From the NCBI GenBank assembly GCA_004297205.1, contig SCUL01000002.1:188594-252593 (forward strand): a stretch of DNA of 64,000 bases, given 5' to 3'. This document shows positions 40,378 through 48,838 of the stretch, piece by piece; within the stretch, counting starts at the first letter, position 1; each line of letters opens with the position of its first letter. A program made the translations under genes and the position numbers. Source of the stretch: Patescibacteria group bacterium. Lineage in GTDB: Bacteria > Patescibacteriota > Patescibacteriia > 2-12-FULL-57-11. The notes below the pieces were generated by a model that was given only the letters and a program-made list of their open reading frames with translations, did no database searches and was not told the origin of the DNA.

Positions 40378-40932
40378 TCAGGGCTGCTTTGCAACGTCCA
40401 TCCCGTACTGCGCCAGGATGTCCAAAAAGCCGGGAACGGTCTTGATGGTGCGGCGGTCGTAGTCGGCGTCGTTGTGCGGCTCGGAGGCCACGGCGACGGT
40501 CACCACTTTTTCTTCGGTCAGCGGCCAGTAGGCGTGGTAGACGCCGGCCGGCACGATGATGCGGGCCATCTGCTTCTGGTCGAGCGTGTAGACCGGATGA
40601 TGCACCGGCATGGTCGGCGCGTCGAAACCGAGCACGAGCCCGGCGTTCTGTCCGAAGGTCGGCGACCCCTCGCGGAAGTCGTGGAAGAGCCAGAGCGCCG
40701 TGCCGGTCAGCGTGAAAAAAATCTCGTGATTCTTGAAATGGAAGTGCGCGGCGCGGGCGATGTGCGTGCCGGTGGCGATGGAACTATAGATGTTGCCGAT
40801 GCCATGCTCCTGGACGACGGGGTTGCCCGTGCCGCCCTGGACCATCTCGGCCAGCATGCCGCGCGGATCGCCGAAGACTTTCTGGAGGTGGACTTCGAGT
40901 CCCTGGATGGATGTCGTGACGGGGTCGGCCAT
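40378..40932 (-). CDS. rmlC: dTDP-4-dehydrorhamnose 3,5-epimerase-like cupin (RmlC family)
   Basis: Cupin fold with FGDPRG, His-containing strands (HFHFKNHEIFF) and YHAYW. It sits in the rml context next to rmlB. Confidence 0.6.
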   Translation of the reverse strand: MADPVTTSIQGLEVHLQKVFGDPRGMLAEMVQGGTGNPVVQEHGIGNIYSSIATGTHIARAAHFHFKNHEIFFTLTGTALWLFHDFREGSPTFGQNAGLVLGFDAPTMPVHHPVYTLDQKQMARIIVPAGVYHAYWPLTEEKVVTVAVASEPHNDADYDRRTIKTVPGFLDILAQYGMDVAKQP

Positions 40933-40933
40933 A

Positions 40934-41947
40934 TTATTTGATATGCGCGTTCACTTCGGCCTGGCGGGCGCGCAGTTTCTCCACCCAGGCCGTGTTCTCC
41001 CGGTACCAACGGATCGTCTCGCGCAGCCCGTCGGCGAACCTCTCTTTGGTATAGACGGGCTCCCAGCCGAGCTCGCGGCGGATCTTCGTCGCGTCGATCG
41101 CGTACCGCCGGTCGTGGCCCGGCCGGTCTTCGACGCGGACCGTCATATCCTCCGGTTTGCCGAGCTCGCGCAGGATGGTCTTCACGACGTCGATGTTGTG
41201 CCGCTCGTTGTCCACGCCGATGTTATAGACTTCGCCGGGCACGCCCTTCTCGAGCATCAGCTGGATGGCCCGGGCATGGTCGGCCACGTGAATCCAGTCG
41301 CGCACGTACAGGCCGTCGCCGTAGATCGGCACCGGCTCCCCGGCCATGGCTTTGAAGATGGCGTACGGGATGAGCTTCTCGGGAAACTGGAACGGCCCGT
41401 AGTTGTTGGAGCAGTGCGAGACGACGACCGGCACGCCGAACGTCCTGAAGGAAGCGCGGCACATCAGGTCGCCGCCGGCCTTGGCCGCGGCGTAGGGCAC
41501 GTTCGGCTCGAACGGCGTCGTCTCAAGGAAGAGGCGCGGCTCGTCGAGCTGCAGCGTGCCGTAGACCTCGTCCGTGGAGACGTTCACGAACTTGCCCGTC
41601 TTGTGGCGGCGCACGGCGTCGAGGATGGTCTGCACGCCGACGACGTTGGTCATCACGAATTCGCGCGAGCCGATATGGATGGAGCGGTCGACGTGCGTCT
41701 CGGCCGCGAAGTTCACGACCGCGTCGGGCGCGTGCTCGGCAAACACGCCGTCGAGCACCTCGGCATCGCAAATGTCGCCTTGGATGAAGAAGTACCGGTC
41801 GGACGGAAGCTCCGCCAGGTTGTCCAAGTTGCCGGCGTAGGTCAGCTTGTCGTAATTCACGACCGTGACGTCCGGCCGGGCGGCCAGGATGTGGCGGATG
41901 AAGTTGGAGCCGATGAATCCGGCGCCGCCGCAAACGAGCAGTTTCAT
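40934..41947 (-). CDS. rmlB: dTDP-glucose 4,6-dehydratase
   Basis: ORF trimmed to the ATG at 41947 (MKLLVCGGAGFIGSNF...). NYDKLTYAGN, STDEVYG and a YxxxK motif. 4-bp overlap with the upstream NUDIX gene. Confidence 0.9.
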   Translation of the reverse strand: MKLLVCGGAGFIGSNFIRHILAARPDVTVVNYDKLTYAGNLDNLAELPSDRYFFIQGDICDAEVLDGVFAEHAPDAVVNFAAETHVDRSIHIGSREFVMTNVVGVQTILDAVRRHKTGKFVNVSTDEVYGTLQLDEPRLFLETTPFEPNVPYAAAKAGGDLMCRASFRTFGVPVVVSHCSNNYGPFQFPEKLIPYAIFKAMAGEPVPIYGDGLYVRDWIHVADHARAIQLMLEKGVPGEVYNIGVDNERHNIDVVKTILRELGKPEDMTVRVEDRPGHDRRYAIDATKIRRELGWEPVYTKERFADGLRETIRWYRENTAWVEKLRARQAEVNAHIK

Positions 41948-42510
41948 AGGATATCGGTGAGGTGAGGCTTGGCAAGCGCCCAGGCAACGATGGTCATGCC
42001 ATCCCAAATCTCGCCAGAAGCGATTTTCTCCTCCAGCGCGGCTGGCGTCAATGCGACGACCTCGAACTCTTCTTCCGGATCAGGCGTCGCAGATTCCTGA
42101 GTGGGTCGCCGCGCCAGAAAGACGTGGGCGTTCTCGTTCACAAACCCGTTGCAGGGATGATAGACACCGATGGGTGTCAGTTCGCCAGTCACTCCACATT
42201 CCTCGGCAAGCTCGCGGCCTGCGGCGACAACCGGATCATCAATGGTCACACGACCGTCCGGATGGCGATGGCGCACGTTCCCGCACGGGAATTCCAAACT
42301 TTCCCGGTTGCCGAGATAGCGATATTGGTTCACCAGAAGCAGCTTCCCGTCGTCGGTGACCGGAACGATCATCGACGAACCCGGAGAATCCAGATAGTAA
42401 TAATCTCCCTCGCGACCGTCGCCGAAGTCGAAACGATCGTGCTTGTACTCAATCCAGGGGCTTTCATGGATCGTCTCCTCGGAAATTTTCTTCCAGTGCC
42501 TCAAGGCCAT
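41944..42510 (-). CDS. NUDIX hydrolase (ADP-ribose/nucleotide-sugar pyrophosphatase-like)
   Basis: ORF trimmed to the ATG at 42510. Nudix box GNRESLEFPCGNV...AAGRELAEECGVTG. Confidence 0.75.
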   Translation of the reverse strand: MALRHWKKISEETIHESPWIEYKHDRFDFGDGREGDYYYLDSPGSSMIVPVTDDGKLLLVNQYRYLGNRESLEFPCGNVRHRHPDGRVTIDDPVVAAGRELAEECGVTGELTPIGVYHPCNGFVNENAHVFLARRPTQESATPDPEEEFEVVALTPAALEEKIASGEIWDGMTIVAWALAKPHLTDIL

Positions 42511-42514
42511 GCGT

Positions 42515-42844
42515 TTATTCCTCGACGGACTCCAAATAGACGCGTCCGTCGAAGCCGCCGCGGTCGGCAAATTTCTTAGCGCGAACCGCCTCCAGGTTTT
42601 CGTCGCTGATGCCGTTCACTTTTTGCAGGGCGCGGACGACCTCCAAGACGTCGGCGAGTTCACCGACCAGCGCGTCATAGGTCTGTGCGCCGACGGTTTC
42701 GTCGGCTTCCTCGCGCAGCTTGTCGCGCAAAACGCGCGCGTACTCGTCCGGCGGCAGGATGCGCGTCACCGGGCGGCCGCCCTTGGCGGCGATCACTTCC
42801 GGAATCTTATCGCGGACCAGTTTTTTGTAGTGGGTCGTCGGCAT
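42515..42844 (-). CDS. MazG-like/HisE-like nucleotide pyrophosphohydrolase (all-alpha NTP-PPase)
   Basis: ORF trimmed to the ATG at 42844 (MPTTHYKKLVRDKIPEVI...EEADE...LVGELADVLEV). This matches the EExxE/ D-x-x-D metal-binding helices of MazG-type NTP pyrophosphatases. Confidence 0.55.
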   Translation of the reverse strand: MPTTHYKKLVRDKIPEVIAAKGGRPVTRILPPDEYARVLRDKLREEADETVGAQTYDALVGELADVLEVVRALQKVNGISDENLEAVRAKKFADRGGFDGRVYLESVEE

Positions 42845-43163
42845 AACGAGGATCGGTGAGGGCCCAAACCGCCGCGGCAACGGCCAGCGCGGCGAGCGGC
42901 GCAAGGGCCGCTCCCGTCCGCGTCGGGACGGTGAAGACCACGAGCGGCATGGTAGAGAGCGCGACGACCACGGTCAAGGCGATACGCGCCGGCGTAGGGG
43001 CGGGTTTCCCCCGCCCCGCGTGCCGTCCGTAGATCGCCCACGACGCCAGCAGTGCCGCCCAAGCCACGGGCAAAGGCAACGCCGTCGAGAAGATGCCCGG
43101 ATCGGCCAACTCGAGCGCGGTGACGAGGGCGACCGTGGCGGTGGCGATGCTGAGAAAAATCAT
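42807..43163 (-). CDS. small hydrophobic membrane protein (hypothetical)
   Basis: About four predicted TM helices. It overlaps the MazG-like start by about 38 bp, so the call is uncertain. Confidence 0.3.
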   Translation of the reverse strand: MIFLSIATATVALVTALELADPGIFSTALPLPVAWAALLASWAIYGRHAGRGKPAPTPARIALTVVVALSTMPLVVFTVPTRTGAALAPLAALAVAAAVWALTDPRYADDPLQKTGPR

Positions 43164-43750
43164 AGGTGGAGGCGATTGCGGACAGCATCGATCAACGAAC
43201 CGCGCCGAGCCGTAACGTCAAAGCGACGAATCCGCAGTGCATCGGCGAACTCCAGGCCGGGGACGGACAGCACGAGCCGGAGACGATTAGCGGGCATGGG
43301 CACTTCCGAAAGCGGGATCACGCTCGTTACTTCGTACAAGTAAAATTGATCTTCCACGGAATCCAGACCCATGACCGGTTTGCGAACCACCTGCGTATCG
43401 AAAAAACGGATCTGACCGCTGCCTTCGATGAACTCCACGCCGATCCGGGTATTCTTCCCGACATCGGTGTCGAATGCGTCCAAGTTGACGCGCACCTCGG
43501 CTTCGTCGAAGAACGTCGGAATCCGGACATCAACGTACAACGGTTCCGCGACGATGGGACGTCCCTCCTTGGCGTCTCCCGGGAGGGTTCTCGTGGGCGG
43601 CCCGAAGTCGGACATCTGCCTGGAGGCGCCTGCGATGCGATGATGCAGCGTCCGCGTCGCGGAAAAAAAACCGTCCGCGGCCAGCAAACCGCCGATGATG
43701 ATGGCGGCGAAAGCGATGCCGACTGCGTATTGGGCGCGTTGCGAGATCAT
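43160..43750 (-). CDS. hypothetical membrane-anchored protein (196 aa)
   Basis: N-terminal TM (AVGIAFAAIIIGGLLAA). 4-bp overlaps with both neighbours. Confidence 0.5.
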   Translation of the reverse strand: MISQRAQYAVGIAFAAIIIGGLLAADGFFSATRTLHHRIAGASRQMSDFGPPTRTLPGDAKEGRPIVAEPLYVDVRIPTFFDEAEVRVNLDAFDTDVGKNTRIGVEFIEGSGQIRFFDTQVVRKPVMGLDSVEDQFYLYEVTSVIPLSEVPMPANRLRLVLSVPGLEFADALRIRRFDVTARRGSLIDAVRNRLHL

Positions 43751-45345
43751 TTGCTGATGGTCAGTTCGTAGAGCGGGTACATTTCGCCGATCAGGAAGGT
43801 GGCGGCCGTCACCTCGATCCCCTGCTTCTGCAACGCGGCACGCGCAGCGCTGCGCTGCGCATCGTCAAGGTCGTCGGCGTAATAGAAACGATACGCGCTC
43901 CCCTGTGCGGCGACCAGCTCCAGCGCCTGGCGGTCTTCCCACAGCGGCCCCTCCAGGGCGATGACGCGCCGCTCCGGAAAGAACACCTTGTCGAGCCGCT
44001 GCGTCAGAATGATGCCGTCTTCCGGCACGAAGGCCTGGGCCTTCTCGGCCATGGTCCGATACATCATCAACCGGTAGGCCGTCGGCAGAAGCGACTCGTT
44101 GGCCGTAAAAAACACCAAAGAGAACGACGCCGCCGCCATCCCGGCAAGCAGCACGCGCCCGACGACGCGCACGCGCAGTTCCGGGAATCCCTCGAGCCGC
44201 GCCAGTGCCCCGGCGGCGGCGATGCTCATGGCCAGCGCGATCGGCAACCAATACCGGACGTACGAACGGCCGACCGTGTTGACCGCGAGCATCAAGGGAT
44301 CGGCGAACTGCCAGGAGCCGTAGAGCAGCACCAGGTAGCCGCAGACGAGGCCGGAGACGACGAGCGCACCGCGTGCGAACAGCCGACGTTTGCGGGAGGG
44401 ATCGCCCCACGCCGCGGAGAGCGCCAGCACGGCGCCGACGACGGCCGGAACCGCGTACCACCAGAACGGTGCCAGGAAGCTGTCCCAGAGCCGGGCTGCC
44501 GCGCGCAGCGGATGAAAGCCGAACGGGAAGACATACGCCGGCAGACCGCCGACGGATTCGCTCGGCAAGGCCGCGCCCGCTTCGCTGAAACGCGCGTAGC
44601 CCGCGAGCAGCGAGCCGAACAGCGCCTGCTGCAGCAACAGCGTCGGCAAAAATGCCAGGATCGCGCCGAGCAACCAGGCCGGGAGGGCGGAGAAACGACG
44701 GTTGTTCGCCCACAGCAGCACCGCAAACAGCGGCACGGCCCAGAGCGCTTCGGACAGCCGGATGCCGAAGGCCAACCCGGCCGCGGCGCCGGACAACGCC
44801 AACAGCGGCAGCGCGTGTTTCTTTTTGCTGCGCGCCAGCGCCATGCCCGCAGCGGAGATGATCAGCAGCGAGACGAATGACACGTTCGGCAGGTGCGTGA
44901 AAGCCACGAAATACCACGTCGCCGGATGAAAGAGGAAGAGCACCGCGGAGAGCGCGGCGTGCCGCTGGCTCAGGATCGGACGCAGGGCGACGTACAGGGC
45001 GAAGCCGGCCGCGGCCGCGAGCAACGGCACCACGAAGAGCGTTGCCGTGTTGCCAAGAACCCGGCCGACCGTGCCGAGCAGCACCGGCAGACCGACGAAC
45101 CCGGCGGGAACGAGGGCGCCGTCGCGCACGTTGACGCTGCGCGGATGCAACCGGCGTTCGAGGACGTTGATGTCGGGATCCTCGGCGGCGGCAGGTTCGC
45201 CCGCGGCGATGCGTCGCGCGAAGAACGCGGTGCTTGTTTCATCCGGCCAGTCGAACCGCCAGGCCGCGTCACGCGCGTTGGTGAACGCCAAGAGGGGCGC
45301 GGTCAGCGCGAACACGGCGACCGCCGCCGCGAGCAGCCGCTTCAT
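43747..45345 (-). CDS. GT-C fold glycosyltransferase, family 39/ArnT/PMT-like (dolichyl/polyprenyl-phosphate-sugar-dependent)
   Basis: 532 aa with about 11-12 TM helices. An N-terminal loop with acidic residues (DE..) is followed by the polytopic core typical of PMT_2/ArnT-like proteins. Confidence 0.65.
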   Translation of the reverse strand: MKRLLAAAVAVFALTAPLLAFTNARDAAWRFDWPDETSTAFFARRIAAGEPAAAEDPDINVLERRLHPRSVNVRDGALVPAGFVGLPVLLGTVGRVLGNTATLFVVPLLAAAAGFALYVALRPILSQRHAALSAVLFLFHPATWYFVAFTHLPNVSFVSLLIISAAGMALARSKKKHALPLLALSGAAAGLAFGIRLSEALWAVPLFAVLLWANNRRFSALPAWLLGAILAFLPTLLLQQALFGSLLAGYARFSEAGAALPSESVGGLPAYVFPFGFHPLRAAARLWDSFLAPFWWYAVPAVVGAVLALSAAWGDPSRKRRLFARGALVVSGLVCGYLVLLYGSWQFADPLMLAVNTVGRSYVRYWLPIALAMSIAAAGALARLEGFPELRVRVVGRVLLAGMAAASFSLVFFTANESLLPTAYRLMMYRTMAEKAQAFVPEDGIILTQRLDKVFFPERRVIALEGPLWEDRQALELVAAQGSAYRFYYADDLDDAQRSAARAALQKQGIEVTAATFLIGEMYPLYELTISK

Positions 45346-45941
45346 ATCCCGTGGGTCAGGAGCGAAACGAGCGCGAAGATGAGGGCCAGCGCGAACACGC
45401 CGAAGGAGACGGGAATGAACAGGTCATACCCCGTGGCGATGGCGATGAGCAGAAGAAGAACGCCGGCACACTGCAGGATCATCTTGATCTTGCCCCAGGT
45501 GTTGGCAGGTTTGACAATGCCGCGGCGCAGGCGGATGTAGCCGCCGACGAGCATCAGGGCTTCGAGCACGATGATGGTGATGCCCAAGAGCGGATTGACG
45601 TGCTCGAAGACGATGACCACGACCATGGCGCCGATCAGAAGCTTGTCGGCGAGCGGATCGAAGAGCGTCCCCCACTCGGTGATCTGTTTGCGGGTGCGGG
45701 CCATGGCCCCGTCGACCATGTCGGTCGAGGCGACGATGAGGAAGGCCGCGATCCCGACGGTGTAGTGTTCGGCGGCCACAAGCCAGACCACGAACGGCGT
45801 GGCCAGCAAACGAAGCATGGTGATGTGGTTGGGCTGGACCCACCGCGGAATCAGCCGCAAGAGTGTCATCTCGAGCAGCCGGTCGTGCGGGTACGGAATC
45901 GACGGATCACGCATAGGCGACGCGCATCTGATAAGATGCAC
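45342..45941 (-). CDS. CDP-alcohol phosphatidyltransferase family protein
   Basis: Motif D(x)2DG(x)2AR(x)7-8G(x)3D(x)3D: DMVDGAMARTRKQITEWGTLFDPLADK. The ORF starts with GTG at 45941; an in-frame ATG at 45914 is an alternative. Confidence 0.75.
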   Translation of the reverse strand: MHLIRCASPMRDPSIPYPHDRLLEMTLLRLIPRWVQPNHITMLRLLATPFVVWLVAAEHYTVGIAAFLIVASTDMVDGAMARTRKQITEWGTLFDPLADKLLIGAMVVVIVFEHVNPLLGITIIVLEALMLVGGYIRLRRGIVKPANTWGKIKMILQCAGVLLLLIAIATGYDLFIPVSFGVFALALIFALVSLLTHGI

Positions 45942-45943
45942 GC

Positions 45944-48007
45944 ATGTCGCTGAGTTTCACGAACTATACCACGGCCATCCTGGCCCTTCTAGCGCTCAAC
46001 CTGGCGGGGATCGGGCTGGGCATTCCCCTGCTGGCCGCGCCCGCCGCCGCGCTCCTCGTCCTGCTCCAGGCGCTGGCCGTGGGTGCGGCCGCGTTTCCCA
46101 AACAAGAACCGGTGCAGCGCGGGGCCTACGGGCTCGCCGTGCTCGTCTGCTGGTACGCCACGGCGGGCGCGATCGTCTACGCGCTGGGCGACCTTTCGGC
46201 CTCCGCGGTCTTCACGCTCTGGCTGGCGACGAACGCGGGCGCAGCGGCGCTGGCGTTGCGCGCGAAGAAGCTGGTGGGGATAGGCAAGGGGGGAATGCTG
46301 CCCAGGACGCCGCTCATCGACGTCGTGTTGACCGCCATCGTCGCGCTGTCGGCCTTCGCCGCGGCGGTCATGCTGGCCATGGGCCGCACCCAGGACGCCA
46401 TCCAGTCGCCTTGGCAGGCGGTGTCCCCCGCCTTCTTCGTCGCGCTGTTCGCCGCCGCCGTCGCGCTCGTGGCGTTGCTGGCCCGCGGCCGGACGCGCGC
46501 CGGGCTGCCCGCCGCCGTGCTTGTCGCCGCGCTCGCCCTCTCGGCAGCGGTCGCGGTCTACGGCATCGGCTACGGCTATGATCCGTTCATCCATCAGAAA
46601 GCCGAGGAGACGATTCTCTCGCAGGGCGTCATCCATCCCAAGACGCCGTACTACCTTGGCCAGTACGCGCTGGTAACGATCGCCGCGCGCGTCTCGTTGC
46701 TGCCGTACCTCGCCCTCGACCGCGCGCTCGTGCCGTTCGGCTTTGCATTGCTTCTCCCGCTCTTGGCCGCCGCCTTCGCCCGGACGCTGCTGCCGCGCGC
46801 GCCGTGGCGCATCGCCGTGCTGGCGCCGCTGCTCGTCCCCTTCGGCGCCTACATTTCAACCACGCCGACCGGACTCGCCTATCTCTTTGCCGCTCTGGGC
46901 GCCTTCGGCGTTGCCGCCTGGCGCGCCGGGGCGCTGCCGCCGCATCTGATGCTGGCCGGAACGTTGGCCGCGCTCGCCACCCACCCGCTCGTCGGTATTC
47001 CCACGGCCGGCCTCGCCCTGATCGCCGCTGCGGACGCCGCCCGAAAGGAACACGCCTTCACGGTGCGCGCCATCGGCGAGGTGCTCATCATCTTCGGCGT
47101 GCCCGTCGCGTTCCTGCTGAACGCCCTGCGCGGCGGTACGGTCCCGGTGTGGACGGACGCCCCGCTGGCCGTGGTACGCGGACTCGCTGATGCCTGGCCG
47201 CGTTTTGCGCCGACCGGCGAACTCCCGCTCGACCTGCCGTACCTGTGGCGTGCCGTGGTTCCGGCGCTGCTCGTTGCCGCGGCATTGATCGCCTGGCGAA
47301 TCAACGACGGGAAACGCCGCCGCACGTTCACGCCGATCGTGACCGCCGCCCTCCTGCTTCTCCCCGCCTACGCCGGACTTGGTCTGCTGCGCTTCCCGGA
47401 AGCGGGCGACGTCGGCGCCGCCGCCTTCCCGTTCCGGGCGCGGCTGCTGGAGTTGGCCGCGGTGTTCCTGCTGCCCGCTGTCAGTGTCGGTCTCGTCGCG
47501 GCCTACGAAAAACTCGCACGCGCGCCGCTCGCCCGGCTGACCGCATCCGGCGTCCTCGCGGCCGCGCTCGTTGCTTCCGTGTACGTCTCCTATCCGCGTC
47601 TCGACCGCATCGAACCGTCCAAAGGCTACGCCGTTTCGGCGTCGACCGTCGCCGCCGTGCACTGGATCGCCCGCGCCTGCCACGGACCGTACGTCGTGCT
47701 CGGCAACCAGACCGTGGCCGCGGCCGCCATCCGCGAACTCGGCTTCGTTTCCTTCCCCGGCATCCCCTTTGCCTACGCCAACGAATCCGGCGCGCCCGAG
47801 CTGAACGACTTCTTCCTCAAAATGAACAACACGCCGACGCGGACCACGGCGCTCGAGGCGATGGACGCCAACGGCGTCGACGAGTTGTTCTTCGTGGTCA
47901 ACGACTTCTGGAAAAACAGCGCCCGCATCGCGGAGACCGCGGCGCAAGAGGCGGATGACGTGATCGACGTCGACGGAAAAGTGACGGTCTTCGTCTACCG
48001 CAGATAA
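45944..48007 (+). CDS. large polytopic integral membrane protein (687 aa), putative GT-C-like glycosyl/arabinosyl-transferase or glycan polymerase
   Basis: About 14 or more TM helices over the first ~520 aa, then a ~150-aa soluble C-terminal domain. No specific motif is recognised. It is divergent from the CDP-alcohol phosphatidyltransferase gene, leaving almost no intergenic space. Confidence 0.5.
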   Translation: MSLSFTNYTTAILALLALNLAGIGLGIPLLAAPAAALLVLLQALAVGAAAFPKQEPVQRGAYGLAVLVCWYATAGAIVYALGDLSASAVFTLWLATNAGAAALALRAKKLVGIGKGGMLPRTPLIDVVLTAIVALSAFAAAVMLAMGRTQDAIQSPWQAVSPAFFVALFAAAVALVALLARGRTRAGLPAAVLVAALALSAAVAVYGIGYGYDPFIHQKAEETILSQGVIHPKTPYYLGQYALVTIAARVSLLPYLALDRALVPFGFALLLPLLAAAFARTLLPRAPWRIAVLAPLLVPFGAYISTTPTGLAYLFAALGAFGVAAWRAGALPPHLMLAGTLAALATHPLVGIPTAGLALIAAADAARKEHAFTVRAIGEVLIIFGVPVAFLLNALRGGTVPVWTDAPLAVVRGLADAWPRFAPTGELPLDLPYLWRAVVPALLVAAALIAWRINDGKRRRTFTPIVTAALLLLPAYAGLGLLRFPEAGDVGAAAFPFRARLLELAAVFLLPAVSVGLVAAYEKLARAPLARLTASGVLAAALVASVYVSYPRLDRIEPSKGYAVSASTVAAVHWIARACHGPYVVLGNQTVAAAAIRELGFVSFPGIPFAYANESGAPELNDFFLKMNNTPTRTTALEAMDANGVDELFFVVNDFWKNSARIAETAAQEADDVIDVDGKVTVFVYRR

Positions 48008-48046
48008 AAAAGAAGCGCCGCTGGTGGCGCTGACCGAAAACGGTCG

Positions 48047-48787
48047 CTACTCGGCTGCGTCCGGATCCGGTTCGATGCTTCGAATCGTTCCAGAAAGTCG
48101 TGATTCGCCGTCGGATCCATCGAAGCGCATTTCTCCGCCAACGCGACCAAGCCAGACAAGCCGGCCTTCCGTGACTTCATCCCGTTCCGGGCAACGCATC
48201 GTGCGCTTGCCTTGCGCGTCTGCTGCCGTCAGCTCGAATGTCCAGTAAGAGGTCTTGACGGTGAACGGCTGGGCGAGGCGGGCTTCTCGCCGCGCTGCAG
48301 CTTCGCGGCGCTCTTCCTCGACACGACGTATCTGGTCGAGGAAGTCGGACACTTCACTCTTCGGCCACTTCCATCCTCGCGGAGCCGCCCGACGGGTGAA
48401 GGCGGAGATGTGATGCACGTAGACGGTCGCATCCATCCCTCCGACGTATCGGAGCGAGTAATCGCGACCGGAGGTCTCGACACCCAGGAAGAATGGTTCG
48501 CTTCGCTCGTAGTACGGGATGTATCTCGCGGAACAGCCACCGAGCATCAGGACGCCTCTCGGGACCCGGACGAGCGAGGAACGGTCGTCGCCGAAGAGCG
48601 TAGTGAGGTGCCGGCCGGTCATCCGAAAAATCGGTACCGGACCACTCTCCTCGTTCCGCCATCCGAGAACCTGAATCTCGACCGCAGCGGGTCGACGCGT
48701 ACGCGCATTAACACAGTGCAGCGTGAGGCGCTCCCCGAGCAGAAGCATGTGGTGCATCAACTGAGGAGAAACCTGCCTTTCGACCAT
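48047..48787 (-). CDS. hypothetical protein
   Basis: ORF 48047..48823, with the start taken at the ATG at 48787. No recognised domain. Confidence 0.4.
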   Translation of the reverse strand: MVERQVSPQLMHHMLLLGERLTLHCVNARTRRPAAVEIQVLGWRNEESGPVPIFRMTGRHLTTLFGDDRSSLVRVPRGVLMLGGCSARYIPYYERSEPFFLGVETSGRDYSLRYVGGMDATVYVHHISAFTRRAAPRGWKWPKSEVSDFLDQIRRVEEERREAAARREARLAQPFTVKTSYWTFELTAADAQGKRTMRCPERDEVTEGRLVWLGRVGGEMRFDGSDGESRLSGTIRSIEPDPDAAE

Positions 48788-48838
48788 GAATACCTCCTGC
48801 CACAGGCGGCCGGACCTTTTCACATTCTCAATGAAATG

